Shown: one piece after another, positions 1 through 10,181 of the stretch
Layout of the letters: each line of letters begins with the position of its first letter
Position numbering within the stretch: position 1 is the stretch's first letter
From: Candidatus Nomurabacteria bacterium
GTDB taxonomy: Bacteria; Patescibacteriota; Minisyncoccia; Phycocordibacterales; UBA918
Assembly: GCA_020632155.1 (NCBI GenBank)
Contig: JACKGE010000001.1
Coordinates: 220,011 to 284,010 of the forward strand
Direction of reading: 5' to 3'
DNA: 64,000 nucleotides
The notes under the pieces: model-generated
Told to the model about the DNA's origin: nothing
Database searches by the model: none
What the model saw: the letters and a program-made list of their open reading frames with translations, nothing else
Made by a program: the position numbers and the translations under genes

Positions 1-54
1 ATAACACGGACTGTCCATCTATTTTTAAGAAAAGCGTGTGGTACAGTATATTCC

Positions 55-1302
55 ATGAAACTGTCAGAGGAACTCCAAAAGCGCGGGTTTGTCTTCCAAC
101 ATACAAGCGAGACCCTTGAGGAAATATTTGATGCCGGTGCGACTCGAACGGTTTATCTCGGCATTGATCCCACTGCCGACTCGATGCATGTGGGGCATCT
201 AGTGCCGTACATGATGCTTAATCACATCATGCAGGCCGGACACAAGGTCATTGTTCTCATGGGCGGCGGCACCGCGCTTATTGGTGACCCGTCTTTTAAA
301 GAGCAGGAACGTGATATTGCCAGTATTGATACCATTAGCGAGCAATGCAAAGGCCTTGAGAAAAATATTCGTCGCATCACTACTTCAGATGAGATCGCGT
401 TCGTGAATAATTACGATTGGCTTTCAAAACTGTCCGCTATTGAGTTTCTCCGTGACGTTGGCAAACACTTCACCGTTAACAACATGATCAAAAAAGAGTC
501 GGTTGCTCGCCGCTTTGAGACCGAACAAGGTATTTCGTACACCGAGTTCTCCTATTCGCTCCTACAGGGCTACGATTTTTACCATCTCAATCAGACCTAC
601 GGCTGTGATGTTCAGATCGGTGGTTCTGATCAATGGGGGAATATCATAGCTGGTGTTGACTACACCAGACGTCGTACCGGCGCTGAGGTATTTGCCCTTA
701 CCATGCCACTTATCGTCGATAAGGCAACCGGCAAGAAGTTCGGTAAAAGTGAAGGCAATGCCGTTTGGCTTGATGCTGACAAAACCAGTGTGTACCAGTT
801 CTATCAGTTCTGGGTCAATACTTCGGACGAAAGCGTCATCGATTATCTCAAGCTGTTTACCTTCATGCCTCTTGATGAGATCGCAGCGGTGGCGATAGAG
901 GCGGAGCAGGATCTAGGCTCGCGACTAGGACAAAAACGCTTGGCGTTTGAGGTCACCAGTTTCATTCACGGGGAGGAGGCAGCGAAGCGTGCTCGCGAGG
1001 TCTCAGATATATTATTTGGTGAAGGTGATATTACTGCACTTGATGAAGAAGGTACACATATACTGCTGCAAAATGCTCCCCATCAAGAAGTAGCTGAGGG
1101 CACCCCGCTCGTTGATGTGTTGGTAGACAGTGGCCTTGCCACTAGTAAACGTGAGGCGCGAACTTTTATTGAGAGTGGTGCCGTTACGTTGGGTACACAG
1201 AAGGTGACCGGTCTGGAGATAGTGTTATCAGCACATGACCACGGCCCGCTTGTGCCACTGCGGCGCGGTAAGAAACAGTTTTGTGTGCTCACGTTCAAAT
1301 AA
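55..1302 (+). CDS. tyrS: tyrosine--tRNA ligase
   Basis: HVGH (HIGH) and KFGKS (KMSKS) class I aaRS motifs. C-terminal S4-like region. Full-length ORF with ATG start. Confidence 0.93.
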   Translation: MKLSEELQKRGFVFQHTSETLEEIFDAGATRTVYLGIDPTADSMHVGHLVPYMMLNHIMQAGHKVIVLMGGGTALIGDPSFKEQERDIASIDTISEQCKGLEKNIRRITTSDEIAFVNNYDWLSKLSAIEFLRDVGKHFTVNNMIKKESVARRFETEQGISYTEFSYSLLQGYDFYHLNQTYGCDVQIGGSDQWGNIIAGVDYTRRRTGAEVFALTMPLIVDKATGKKFGKSEGNAVWLDADKTSVYQFYQFWVNTSDESVIDYLKLFTFMPLDEIAAVAIEAEQDLGSRLGQKRLAFEVTSFIHGEEAAKRAREVSDILFGEGDITALDEEGTHILLQNAPHQEVAEGTPLVDVLVDSGLATSKREARTFIESGAVTLGTQKVTGLEIVLSAHDHGPLVPLRRGKKQFCVLTFK

Positions 1303-1321
1303 GATTCGAGCTACGAGATGT

Positions 1322-1356
1322 GAAAAAAGCCCGGCGCGCAGCGCCGGGCTTTTTTC
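1322..1356. terminator. bidirectional rho-independent terminator between tyrS and the convergent acidic-protein gene
   Basis: AAAAAAGCCCGGCGCGCAGCGCCGGGCTTTTTT: perfect GC stem flanked by A and T tracts. Confidence 0.75.
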
Positions 1357-1636
1357 ACATCTCGTCCACATCGTCGAAGGTATCGTAGTCGACGTCTTCC
1401 GCGTCGTCTTCCAGCTCATCGTCCTCATCACTATCATCTTCTTCCTCCGCTTCGTCTTTGGCCTTGCCATCATCACTTTCGTCAATGTGCCCAAAGCCCT
1501 CGGTGTCGTCATCACTTGAGTCGTCATCACCGATCTCATCGATCATATCGTCGTCGAGACCAGCATCCATGTCTTCCTCCTCCTCTTCCTCAGGATTCTC
1601 ATCTTCGTCAGTACGCGCTGTAAAAAACAACATCAT
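1355..1636 (-). CDS. small extremely acidic (D/E-rich) protein
   Basis: 93 aa ORF that is about 60% Asp/Glu. It sits at the tail of the ruvC operon. It could be a low-complexity artefact. Confidence 0.35.
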   Translation of the reverse strand: MMLFFTARTDEDENPEEEEEEDMDAGLDDDMIDEIGDDDSSDDDTEGFGHIDESDDGKAKDEAEEEDDSDEDDELEDDAEDVDYDTFDDVDEM

Positions 1637-1720
1637 AGTCTTTGGTAAGTTAGTGCTTATTTTGTAACAAAGTGTGATGATCCCTGCAAGTCGGTATCAT
1701 CGAAATGAGATTGTATCGCA

Positions 1721-2197
1721 TCAGCGCTGATGTGCAAGACAGGTAACACCCACTGCGATGGCGTCATACTCATCGTCAAGAGCTTTTTCTGGCACATCAC
1801 GTACCAGCCGCCGCACCATATCAATGACAGCCCGTTTGTCGCTGTTGCCATAGCCGGTCATGGCCACTTTTACCTCTTGTGGGCCAAATTCTTGCACCAC
1901 GCAGCCAGCACGCCGCGCCACGTATTCGATGACGCCGCGCGCTTCGGCCACTGCCACTGCAGTTTTTTGGTTTTTATTAAAAAATAAGGTCTCTACCCCA
2001 ACGCACTCAGGCTTGTACGTAGTGATAACTGACTCTAACTCGTTTCCAATTGCCAGTAGTCGATCACAAAAAGGAAGTTCTTTGTCGGTCTGTACGCAGG
2101 TAGAAAAGACCACTGTGTCATGACCGTCTACTTTTTCGACGACGGCGAGACCAAGGCGCTCATATCCAGGATCGATACCTAAGACCCTCATAGACAA
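1721..2197 (-). CDS. ruvC: crossover junction endodeoxyribonuclease RuvC
   Basis: N-terminal MRVLGIDPGYERLGLAVV RNase H-like fold signature and acidic catalytic residues. Adjacent to yebC and ruvB. Confidence 0.9.
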   Translation of the reverse strand: MSMRVLGIDPGYERLGLAVVEKVDGHDTVVFSTCVQTDKELPFCDRLLAIGNELESVITTYKPECVGVETLFFNKNQKTAVAVAEARGVIEYVARRAGCVVQEFGPQEVKVAMTGYGNSDKRAVIDMVRRLVRDVPEKALDDEYDAIAVGVTCLAHQR

Positions 2198-2200
2198 AAA

Positions 2201-2743
2201 TTATTCTTCCGGTGTGTCAGCAGTGGTATAGACATCTTGGACGTCATCCTGCTCCTCAAGAGCCTCAATAAGACTAGCGAGCTTCTCTCCGTCAGCGTCA
2301 GATAAGTCGACCGGACTGGTTGGTACATATCCATCATCAGTGCGGGTAAAGGCCCACGCGGCACTGCCGGGAGTACCAAGCGCAAAACCGGCTTTGGTAA
2401 AGATATGACGTATCTCCGGCGCTGTCCGGTTGTTATTATCCGTGACCGCAGTAATGATCATAGCGGTGCCACCAGGACCAAACGCTTCAAACATGACTTC
2501 CTCAAGCGCTGCACCGCCACTTCCGGAACCCTTCGCGACCGCTCGGTCGATATTATCTTTTGGCATCGAGTCCTTTTTAGCGCGCTCGATTGCGGCTGCT
2601 AGGCTAGGAGAAGCAAGGTTGCCACCTGCCTTGCGCGACTCCATGGCAATAAGGGCGGCATGTTTGCTGAACACCTTACTCTTGGCAGCATCAGACGCCG
2701 CTTTTTTGTGTTTTATTTTTGACCATTTATTATGTCCTGACAT
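2201..2743 (-). CDS. YebC/PmpR family DNA-binding regulator (short form)
   Basis: N-terminal MSGHNKWSKIKHKK..KSK.F YebC signature. Classic yebC-ruvC linkage. Confidence 0.8.
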   Translation of the reverse strand: MSGHNKWSKIKHKKAASDAAKSKVFSKHAALIAMESRKAGGNLASPSLAAAIERAKKDSMPKDNIDRAVAKGSGSGGAALEEVMFEAFGPGGTAMIITAVTDNNNRTAPEIRHIFTKAGFALGTPGSAAWAFTRTDDGYVPTSPVDLSDADGEKLASLIEALEEQDDVQDVYTTADTPEE

Positions 2744-2865
2744 ATAAATTTCCTGAAAATTGCGATTTACTTTGTCACGTTTCTAAAAATAATCCTCGCC
2801 GTATAGCAATACGTCTCCCATTCTTTTTATCACGTTCCTCGTACCTCATCAATTTTCATAAAATC

Positions 2866-3858
2866 TTACAAACCAACGGCATTTTGTATATGCCCATAGG
2901 CCTCTGCACTAGCTACGCGGCCGCGTGGTGTGCGCTCGAGGAGGCCTTGGCGAATAAGGTACGGCTCAATGACATCCTCAATTGTAGCTTGTTCCTCACC
3001 GGTCGCCGCGGCGATGGTGTTTAGGCCAACCGGACCACCACTGAATTTGTGGATGATCACTTCCAAGACGGCGCGGTCAGGGGCACCGAGACCCAATTCA
3101 TCTATCTCAAGAAGCGCGAAGGTGCGCTCTACTACATCGGTGTTTATTGGACCATTTTCGAGCTGCGCGAGGTCACGACAGCGCTTGAGGAGATAGTTTG
3201 CTGTGCGCGGCGTAGCGCGACAGCGACGCGCAATGTCAGTGAGGAGTTCGTCAGTAATACTGGCTTCCAATAGACTGGCTGAGCGCTTTAAGATCTCAGC
3301 TATCTCGCTTTCGCTATAGAACTCTAGCCGGAAAGTACCGCCGGAAAAGCGTGAGCGAAGCGGGGAAGAAAGAAGAGAGATACGGGTAGTGGCGGCAACG
3401 AGTGTAAATGGCGGTAGTTCAAGCTGTACCGTTCGTGCTGACGGCCCTTTACCAATGATAATATCGAGTACCCCTGACTCCATGGCTGGGTAAAGTACCT
3501 CCTCGATGCTCTTGCTAAGGCGATGGATCTCATCAATAAAGAGCACATCTCCGGGGGAAAGGTTAGTGAGGATGGCGGCAAGGTCACCCACCCGCTCAAT
3601 AGCTGGGCCTGAAGTGACGCGCATATTGGTGCCCAGCGTCTTAGAGATAAGATGGGCCAAAGTGGTCTTACCAAGCCCCGGTGGCCCATAGAGAAGGATA
3701 TGTTCAGCAGCATGGCCGCGCTGCTTAGCAGCGGTAAGGAGAATACGAAGGTTTTCTTTGGTCTTTTTCTGGCCGATGTACTCGTCCCACGAGTGGGGGC
3801 GGAGGGTTTGATCGAGATTGCTGGCACTGTCTTTGGTGAAATTCGGCGTGTCGGTCAT
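2866..3858 (-). CDS. ruvB: Holliday junction branch migration helicase RuvB
   Basis: LLYGPPGLGKTTLA Walker A in the AAA+ region, and a C-terminal winged-helix region. The ORF track begins at 3906 (in-frame extension); the likely start is the M of MTDTPNF at about 3858. Confidence 0.9.
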   Translation of the reverse strand: MTDTPNFTKDSASNLDQTLRPHSWDEYIGQKKTKENLRILLTAAKQRGHAAEHILLYGPPGLGKTTLAHLISKTLGTNMRVTSGPAIERVGDLAAILTNLSPGDVLFIDEIHRLSKSIEEVLYPAMESGVLDIIIGKGPSARTVQLELPPFTLVAATTRISLLSSPLRSRFSGGTFRLEFYSESEIAEILKRSASLLEASITDELLTDIARRCRATPRTANYLLKRCRDLAQLENGPINTDVVERTFALLEIDELGLGAPDRAVLEVIIHKFSGGPVGLNTIAAATGEEQATIEDVIEPYLIRQGLLERTPRGRVASAEAYGHIQNAVGL

Positions 3859-4317
3859 ATGCACCCTCATTATATAGATTAATGGCAGGGGACACAAAGG
3901 TACCAAAAAGGGTTGACAATAGACTTAATTCATGCTAACATCATGACCAATCAAGTTCCCACTCTGACCGATGGTCGGAGATGATTCCTCGCCAATTTCA
4001 TAGTAAACAAATAAAAACGCCTTAAATGGCGCCTGTTTTTGTGTCCTTCCAGATGATAATTCTCTAAGCAATCTGAGTGTTGTTGCGAGGGTGATTTGGT
4101 ACTCACCATCGAGTGAGAGCACTGGTTCACTCCTTAGCGCATCGTTCACTTTCATGATTGAGAGCTTGCTTAGAGAATTATCCTCTGGAACAAATCTTCA
4201 TTTTTCATCTGTGATGAACGATTTGTCCGACTATAGCATAGGAAGGTAATTGCACATATTGACCCCGGCACTAACTTGTGGGTTGTTCTGTGAGATTTAT
4301 ATATTACTGCTCACTGT

Positions 4318-4343
4318 GCATAGTCCAATCGATTGGACTATGC
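4318..4343. repeat. 26 bp perfect palindrome GCATAGTCCAATCGATTGGACTATGC
   Basis: Seen directly in the sequence. Its 14-mer AGTCCAATCGATTG recurs at about 46180, just upstream of tRNA-Arg-TCT. Confidence 0.6.
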
Positions 4344-4351
4344 GTTTGTTG

Positions 4352-4381
4352 CAAAACAGCCGACTCTTGTCGGCTGTTTTG
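4352..4381. terminator. terminator-like hairpin downstream of pilB (minus strand)
   Basis: CAAAACAGCCGACTCTTGTCGGCTGTTTTG stem-loop with flanking A/T tracts. Confidence 0.6.
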
Positions 4382-4382
4382 T

Positions 4383-6116
4383 TTACACAATATGTGAAGC
4401 AAAGAGGTCGTCTTCTCCCTCAGCTTTAGGCTCGGGCGCTGCGCCGCGCAGATCGGTGAGGTCAACCACGCGCTGTAGTTCTGCAAGGGAAGTGATACCA
4501 AGGATGACTTTTTCCATACCGTCTTCTGGCATAGTTGGTATACCTTGGCCGCGCGCCGCTTCAAGAATAACGTGTTCACGCGGGTCGCGAATGATTGCTT
4601 CCTCCACGGCCTTATCAACGCGAATAGCTTCAAAGATACCTTGACGGCCCTTATAGCCGGTGCCGCTACAGATCGGGCAGCCGCCCGGTTCGTAGACAGT
4701 TGTGTCAGCACCGAATGCTGGCGGCTGTGGGTGGCCAGCCATAACCTCCTGCATAAGCGTATACTCCTCAGGGGTCATCATGCGACCTTTTTTACACTCT
4801 TGGCAGAGTTTGCGCACGAGACGTTGACCAAGGCAAATATTCACGGAGCTGCCAATCATGCGGTAGTCAACGCCAATGTCGATAAGACGCGGAAAGGCCC
4901 CGACTGCGCTGTTGGTGTGCAGGGTTGAGAATACCAAGTGACCGGTCTGAGCAGCGTGAATGGCAGTCTCTGCTACGTCATGATCGCGGATCTCACCAAC
5001 CATGATGATGTCGGGGTCTTGGCGGAGAATAGCGCGCAGGCCCGAGGCAAAGGTATAGTCTTCACCAACTTGTGTTTGTACAATGTCGTCAACTTTATAC
5101 TCAACTGGATCTTCAATGGTGATTATTTTTACCTCCGGTTTGTGGGCTTTGCGCAGAAAGGCGTAGAGGGCTGTAGTTTTACCGGAGCCGGTCGGACCGG
5201 TGGTAATAATAAGTCCATTTGGACGCTTTAATTCTTCGGTCATCACTCGGTACATGGTCTCATTAAGGCCAAGTTGGTCCATGATAAAGCTGGCAACGGT
5301 CGGATCAAGCAGACGCATTACCACTGACTCACCAGCAGCCCCCGGAATCACTGAGGTACGTACTTCGATCTCTTTCTCACCCATATCGAAGGTAAAACGA
5401 CCATCCTGCGCTTCGTCATGCACATTGAGTTTCATACCGGCAAGCAGTTTGAGGCGTGAGCAGAGACGATCGTAGACACTTTTTTCAAGATCCATGACAT
5501 CATGCAGTACACCATCAAGACGGTATCGAAGACGCACACCCGTTTCTTCCGGTTCGATGTGGATGTCAGATGCGCCAAGAGACATAGCTCCAGCAAACAT
5601 CGCTTCGATGGTCGAAGTAATACGTCGCGCGGTATTAAGTGAACGTATCTCTTTGATGTACTCAGAGACATTGTCACGAGTCTTGAATTGTTTCTGCAGT
5701 TTTTTAATCTCCTCCGCATCGATATCAAGCACCCCTTTCTTTACCGCTGCGGTCTCGTTGCGGTCACCATAGCGTTTCCACGCGTGCTCAAGACTAAAGA
5801 AAGAACAAATATGCAGTGACACAGTCCACCTATCCTGCCCGAGTTTTTCCAAGACTGCTTTAGTGCTCGGATTGTTCGGACTTCGTACGGCAACCGAGAG
5901 TTGTCGGTTGCGGCGCTCGAAGATGGCAATACCGGCCTCTTTAGAAACCGTTTCAGACACGATATTAAGCGCACCAGGGTCAATAGTTACTCCCTGAAGT
6001 TTGATATACGGCAAACCCATTTGTTTGGCCTGCGCCTCAACGAAGTGCTCCTCCTCAATTTTGCGTAGTTCGTTGTAGCGTTTGCTATTTAAGACCCTGT
6101 CGTCAAACTGCGGCAT
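4383..6116 (-). CDS. pilB: type IV pilus / type II secretion assembly ATPase (PilB/GspE family)
   Basis: TGPTGSGKTT Walker A, Asp box, His box, and a C-terminal CxxC...CxxC tetracysteine motif (CQECKKG...CPICSGTG). Confidence 0.85.
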   Translation of the reverse strand: MPQFDDRVLNSKRYNELRKIEEEHFVEAQAKQMGLPYIKLQGVTIDPGALNIVSETVSKEAGIAIFERRNRQLSVAVRSPNNPSTKAVLEKLGQDRWTVSLHICSFFSLEHAWKRYGDRNETAAVKKGVLDIDAEEIKKLQKQFKTRDNVSEYIKEIRSLNTARRITSTIEAMFAGAMSLGASDIHIEPEETGVRLRYRLDGVLHDVMDLEKSVYDRLCSRLKLLAGMKLNVHDEAQDGRFTFDMGEKEIEVRTSVIPGAAGESVVMRLLDPTVASFIMDQLGLNETMYRVMTEELKRPNGLIITTGPTGSGKTTALYAFLRKAHKPEVKIITIEDPVEYKVDDIVQTQVGEDYTFASGLRAILRQDPDIIMVGEIRDHDVAETAIHAAQTGHLVFSTLHTNSAVGAFPRLIDIGVDYRMIGSSVNICLGQRLVRKLCQECKKGRMMTPEEYTLMQEVMAGHPQPPAFGADTTVYEPGGCPICSGTGYKGRQGIFEAIRVDKAVEEAIIRDPREHVILEAARGQGIPTMPEDGMEKVILGITSLAELQRVVDLTDLRGAAPEPKAEGEDDLFASHIV

Positions 6117-6200
6117 GACTCTATTGTAGCAAGTTCGGGCTGTACCTCGACGCTATATACGGGAAAACATCAATGAGATATCGCCAAGTCTCTGACTAGT

Positions 6201-6662
6201 GTGGTCGGTGGTACAATGCGCTACATGAATGGGGAATATGACATCACCAACAAAGCCGACCTTGAGTCAGTCGCCGCGCAGCTAGCTACGTACCTACAGT
6301 CACACCAGACTGACGTGGCAAGTGTCGTGGCTCTTCATGGAGAGCTTGGGGCGGGCAAGACAACGTTTGTGCAGGCACTGGCTGCTTCCTTGGGAATAGC
6401 GGAGACGGTGACCAGCCCCACGTTCCTTATCATGCGTTCGTATAAAACTACGGCGGGGCGAAACCTCGTTCATATTGATGCGTACCGAGTGGAGGCCGAG
6501 TCTGAACTCACGGTACTTGGGTTTGAAGAACTCCTGCACCATCCAGAAAACATTATCTGTATTGAGTGGGCGGAGCGAATAGCCGGACTATTACCAAAAC
6601 ACACCCTGCAGCTCACCTTTGCCCTTGCGAGTGACGGCGTGCGAACAGTAACCATTTCGTAG
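6201..6662 (+). CDS. tsaE: tRNA threonylcarbamoyladenosine biosynthesis protein TsaE
   Basis: GELGAGKTTF P-loop in the YjeE-like context. Size about 150 aa. Confidence 0.8.
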   Translation: MVGGTMRYMNGEYDITNKADLESVAAQLATYLQSHQTDVASVVALHGELGAGKTTFVQALAASLGIAETVTSPTFLIMRSYKTTAGRNLVHIDAYRVEAESELTVLGFEELLHHPENIICIEWAERIAGLLPKHTLQLTFALASDGVRTVTIS

Positions 6663-6664
6663 TC

Positions 6665-9052
6665 ATGGCCAAGAAACAAGACAGCAAAACCCTTGTCCTC
6701 CTCGATGCACACGCAATCTTGCATCGGGCCTTTCACGCGCTGCCAGATTTCTCATCACCTACCGGCGAGCCAACTGGTGCTCTCTATGGTGTGGTCGCGA
6801 TGCTGCTGAAGATAATTGAGGACCTCAAGCCCGATTACATCGTAGCTTGTTTTGATTTACCAGAGCCAACGTATCGCCATGAAGCCTTTGACGGCTACAA
6901 AGCCAAGCGCGAAAAGACCGATGATTCACTCGTCGCGCAAATTAACCGCTCGCGCGATATTTTTGCTGCGTTTCACATTCCAATTTATGAACACGTTGGG
7001 TTTGAAGCGGACGACATGCTCGGCACTATTGTCGAAATGACTAAAGGAGAAAGAGATTTGCATGTCATTATAGCTTCAGGTGATATGGACACGTTGCAGC
7101 TTGTCGATAAGAAAAAGGTGACCGTCTATACCCTGCGTAAAGGAATCAAAGACACTATTCTCTATGATGAGAAAACGGTGGTAGAACGATTCGGGTTCCC
7201 ACCAAAGCTCGTTGCTGACTATAAGGGCCTCCGCGGAGACACGAGCGACAACATCCCCGGTATTGTCGGCATTGGCGAGAAGATTGCCACCGAGCTTATC
7301 ACTACCTTCGGCTCCATTGAAGCCATATACAAAAAACTCAAGAAAGACGAACAGGCGTTTGTTGATGCCGGCTTTAAACCACGGGTCATTACGTTGCTTA
7401 AAGAAAACGAGGAGGAGGCGCAGTTCTCAAAAATGCTTGCCACCATTCGCCGTGATGCACCAATTGACTTTCAGGTACCCACACAATCATGGAAAGAGGC
7501 GGCGGACACTGAGGCTATACTGACGCTTTTTAGCGAGCTTGGTTTTAGAACCCTGAGTGCTCGCATTAAAAGTATTTTTGCGCTCAAGGATGAGGCTTCG
7601 ATAGACCAGATTACTAATCAGGTAAGTGACGAAGACGTGGCCAAGGCGGCAGTACTGCTCTGGCTACTTGAGTCTGATCGCACCAAACCGTCGTTTGATG
7701 ACATTGTCGATTACGGGCGTTCATACTTCGGTACCACTGACTTTAGTGAGATCGTAACAAAGCTCGAAGCTGCCGTGCGCGAACATGATTTGCTCCCAAT
7801 ATATGAATCCATTGAAGAGCCACTTCTGTTGGTACTGAGGGCGGTCAACCAAACAGGCATAACCCTTGATGTGGCGTATCTTAAAAAACTATCAAAAACC
7901 TTCCGCAGAGAGTTGTCTGGCTTGGAGAAGGACATCTACAGCCTTGCCGGTAGTGAATTTAATATCAACTCACCCAAACAACTCGGTGAGGTGCTCTACG
8001 ATACGCTTGGCCTTAAGCCCAAGAATCAAAAAAAGACCGCCACTGGTCAGCGCACCACACGCGAGGCGGAGCTGGTAAAGATGCAAGATGAACACCCGAT
8101 TATCGAGAAAATTCTCCGCTATCGCGAACTGCAAAAACTGGTTTCAACCTACATCGACAATTTGCCGGACATGGTCGGAGATGATGGCCGATTGCGCACA
8201 ACCTTCATTCAGACCGGTACTACGACTGGACGCATTGCGAGTAAGGACCCCAACTTGCAGAACATTCCAGTGCGCAGCGAAGAGGGTAGAGCCGTTCGTA
8301 AAGCGTTTGTGGCGTCCAAGGGTTACCAGCTGGTGTCTATCGATTACTCGCAGATTGAACTACGCATTGCCGCTATGTTATCGGGGGACACAAAACTCAT
8401 CGATATTTTTAAGCGCGGTGAAGATGTGCATACCGGTGTCGCAGTACGGGTCTTTGGTGTCAGTGCAGAGGAGGTCACACCGGAGATGCGTCGCCGCGCT
8501 AAGGTTATTAACTTTGGCATTCTCTACGGCATGGGCGTAAATGCCCTGCGGCAGAATCTTGGTGGTGATACCAGTCGCGAAGAGGCCCAGCAATTCTTAA
8601 ATGCGTACTTTAATACTTTTACCCGCCTCGCTGAATACCTCGAGGAGACCAAAGCCTTTGCCCGCGAGCATGGCTACACCACTACGATGTTTGGCCGACA
8701 CCGACACTTTGCTGGTATCACCTCAAGCGCTCCGTTCATTCGAGCCGCGGCCGAGCGTATGGCCATAAACGCACCAATCCAAGGTACGGAGGGAGATATT
8801 TTGCGTATCGCAATGATTAACATCGATACGTATATCAAAGAGCACAAACTGGAAGACACGGTCCGTATGTTGCTGCAGGTCCATGATGAGCTAGTCTTTG
8901 AAGTGAAAACAGAAGCGCTTGATGAGCAGATATTGCAGCTTCGGAACCTTATGGAAGGTGTATTTGCTGGGCAGCAGACGCGCGGGGTGCCAGTTGAGGT
9001 TGAGGTCAAAGTTGGTGATAATTGGGCTGACTTACAAAAGTGGACGCAGTAG
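6665..9052 (+). CDS. polA: DNA polymerase I
   Basis: N-terminal 5'-3' exonuclease (FEN) domain. Pol A motifs RRxAKxINFGILYG and QVHDELVFE. At 795 aa the 3'-5' exonuclease domain is reduced or absent (Taq-like). Confidence 0.9.
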   Translation: MAKKQDSKTLVLLDAHAILHRAFHALPDFSSPTGEPTGALYGVVAMLLKIIEDLKPDYIVACFDLPEPTYRHEAFDGYKAKREKTDDSLVAQINRSRDIFAAFHIPIYEHVGFEADDMLGTIVEMTKGERDLHVIIASGDMDTLQLVDKKKVTVYTLRKGIKDTILYDEKTVVERFGFPPKLVADYKGLRGDTSDNIPGIVGIGEKIATELITTFGSIEAIYKKLKKDEQAFVDAGFKPRVITLLKENEEEAQFSKMLATIRRDAPIDFQVPTQSWKEAADTEAILTLFSELGFRTLSARIKSIFALKDEASIDQITNQVSDEDVAKAAVLLWLLESDRTKPSFDDIVDYGRSYFGTTDFSEIVTKLEAAVREHDLLPIYESIEEPLLLVLRAVNQTGITLDVAYLKKLSKTFRRELSGLEKDIYSLAGSEFNINSPKQLGEVLYDTLGLKPKNQKKTATGQRTTREAELVKMQDEHPIIEKILRYRELQKLVSTYIDNLPDMVGDDGRLRTTFIQTGTTTGRIASKDPNLQNIPVRSEEGRAVRKAFVASKGYQLVSIDYSQIELRIAAMLSGDTKLIDIFKRGEDVHTGVAVRVFGVSAEEVTPEMRRRAKVINFGILYGMGVNALRQNLGGDTSREEAQQFLNAYFNTFTRLAEYLEETKAFAREHGYTTTMFGRHRHFAGITSSAPFIRAAAERMAINAPIQGTEGDILRIAMINIDTYIKEHKLEDTVRMLLQVHDELVFEVKTEALDEQILQLRNLMEGVFAGQQTRGVPVEVEVKVGDNWADLQKWTQ

Positions 9053-9054
9053 GT

Positions 9055-9756
9055 ATGATACGGGTATTTTTTGGTACAGATACAGTGCAGGTACGGGAAG
9101 CAGCGTTTTCGTATGTACATGAGCGAGAAGGTGAGGGCGTGACTGTTGTCTTGGTAGATGGAGACAGCTATGAAGCGGGTGTATATGCTGCTGCAGTCGG
9201 CGGAGCCTCGCTGTTTGGTGATGAGACGCTGTACATCATTGATACTCCTTCAAGTACCGCTGCGTGGTACGAAGAGACCGTTGCGTATTTACCGGAACTC
9301 GCTGCGTCTTCCAGTGAGTTTGTGATGATAGAAGGGGGACTGTTGGCGCCTGAGAAAAAGAAATTTACCAAGCACGCTGAATCAATGGAAGAATTCAAGG
9401 CTTGTCCAGCCGAGCGGTTTAATGTCTTTGCGCTTTCTGATGCCTTGGCCCGTAAAGACAAACGCTCACTTTGGCTTGTGTACAGCGAAGCGCGTCTCTT
9501 AGCGATTCCCGTTGAGGAAATGATCGGCATTATCTGGTGGCAACTGAAAGCACTGCGACTAGCAAGTCTCACGAACACTGCTGCTGAGGCGGATATGAAA
9601 GATTTCCCGTACAACAAAGCTAAGCAATCACTCAAGAATTTTAAATTTGATGAACTGGAACAGTTATCACACTCACTTATCAAGCTGCAGCACGAGAGTC
9701 GTTTAGGCCGACACGAACTGGATCTAGCCTTTGAACGGTGGTTGCTCAGTATATAG
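9055..9756 (+). CDS. DNA polymerase III delta subunit-like (HolA-like) protein
   Basis: Short, 234 aa. Position and weak family resemblance (FFGTD N-terminus, helical C-terminal). Overlaps or abuts the polA stop. The ORF track gives 9040 as an alternative start. Confidence 0.4.
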   Translation: MIRVFFGTDTVQVREAAFSYVHEREGEGVTVVLVDGDSYEAGVYAAAVGGASLFGDETLYIIDTPSSTAAWYEETVAYLPELAASSSEFVMIEGGLLAPEKKKFTKHAESMEEFKACPAERFNVFALSDALARKDKRSLWLVYSEARLLAIPVEEMIGIIWWQLKALRLASLTNTAAEADMKDFPYNKAKQSLKNFKFDELEQLSHSLIKLQHESRLGRHELDLAFERWLLSI

Positions 9757-9886
9757 TAGGATCATTTTTTAAATAGGGTTGAATTCGGAGTTTTCAACCT
9801 ACCACAAAACCATTTACAAAAAATGAATAATGTGTTATATTATTAGATAAGTGTGGCACCCGTCATACTACATTAGGGAGATCGAA

Positions 9887-10180
9887 ATGAATAAGATCAT
9901 CGTTCTTGCTGCTGCGGCAGCTCTCGCGCTTTCGGCTCGCACCGCCACCGCCGCCGACTACCTCGTGCAGGTGTCGACGACCGACGGAAAGGCACCCCTT
10001 TCTGTGACCATTCCCGGCTTCCAGGTCCAGAAGAAGGGGACCTTCAACTGGAACGGAAAGCGCTGGCGGAAGATCGTGGCGCGTGGCCCGGGCGTCCCTG
10101 CCAAGGTGTGCGATCACCAAGGCCGGTGTGTCCGTCTCACACGCAGTCCTCAGGGCGCTTACTCGGGCATCATGCAATGA
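9887..10180 (+). CDS. GC-rich small secreted protein (hypothetical)
   Basis: Internal ATG after an AGGGAG RBS gives MNKIIVLAAAAALALSARTATA signal peptide. About 62% GC versus about 40% in the flanks. Own terminator. Confidence 0.6.
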   Translation: MNKIIVLAAAAALALSARTATAADYLVQVSTTDGKAPLSVTIPGFQVQKKGTFNWNGKRWRKIVARGPGVPAKVCDHQGRCVRLTRSPQGAYSGIMQ

Positions 10181-10181
10181 C

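Noticed and set aside
653-3827. Numerous internal or antisense ORFs within tyrS, ruvB, pilB, polA, the RND gene and others (for example 653-898, 1228-1539, 3324-3827, 38100-38516)
   Set aside because: They lie fully inside strongly supported genes on other frames. They have atypical composition and no motifs.
3925-4155. 76 aa minus-strand ORF in the pilB-ruvB intergenic region
   Set aside because: No RBS or start context, and it overlaps a predicted plus-strand promoter/sRNA region. Probably noncoding.
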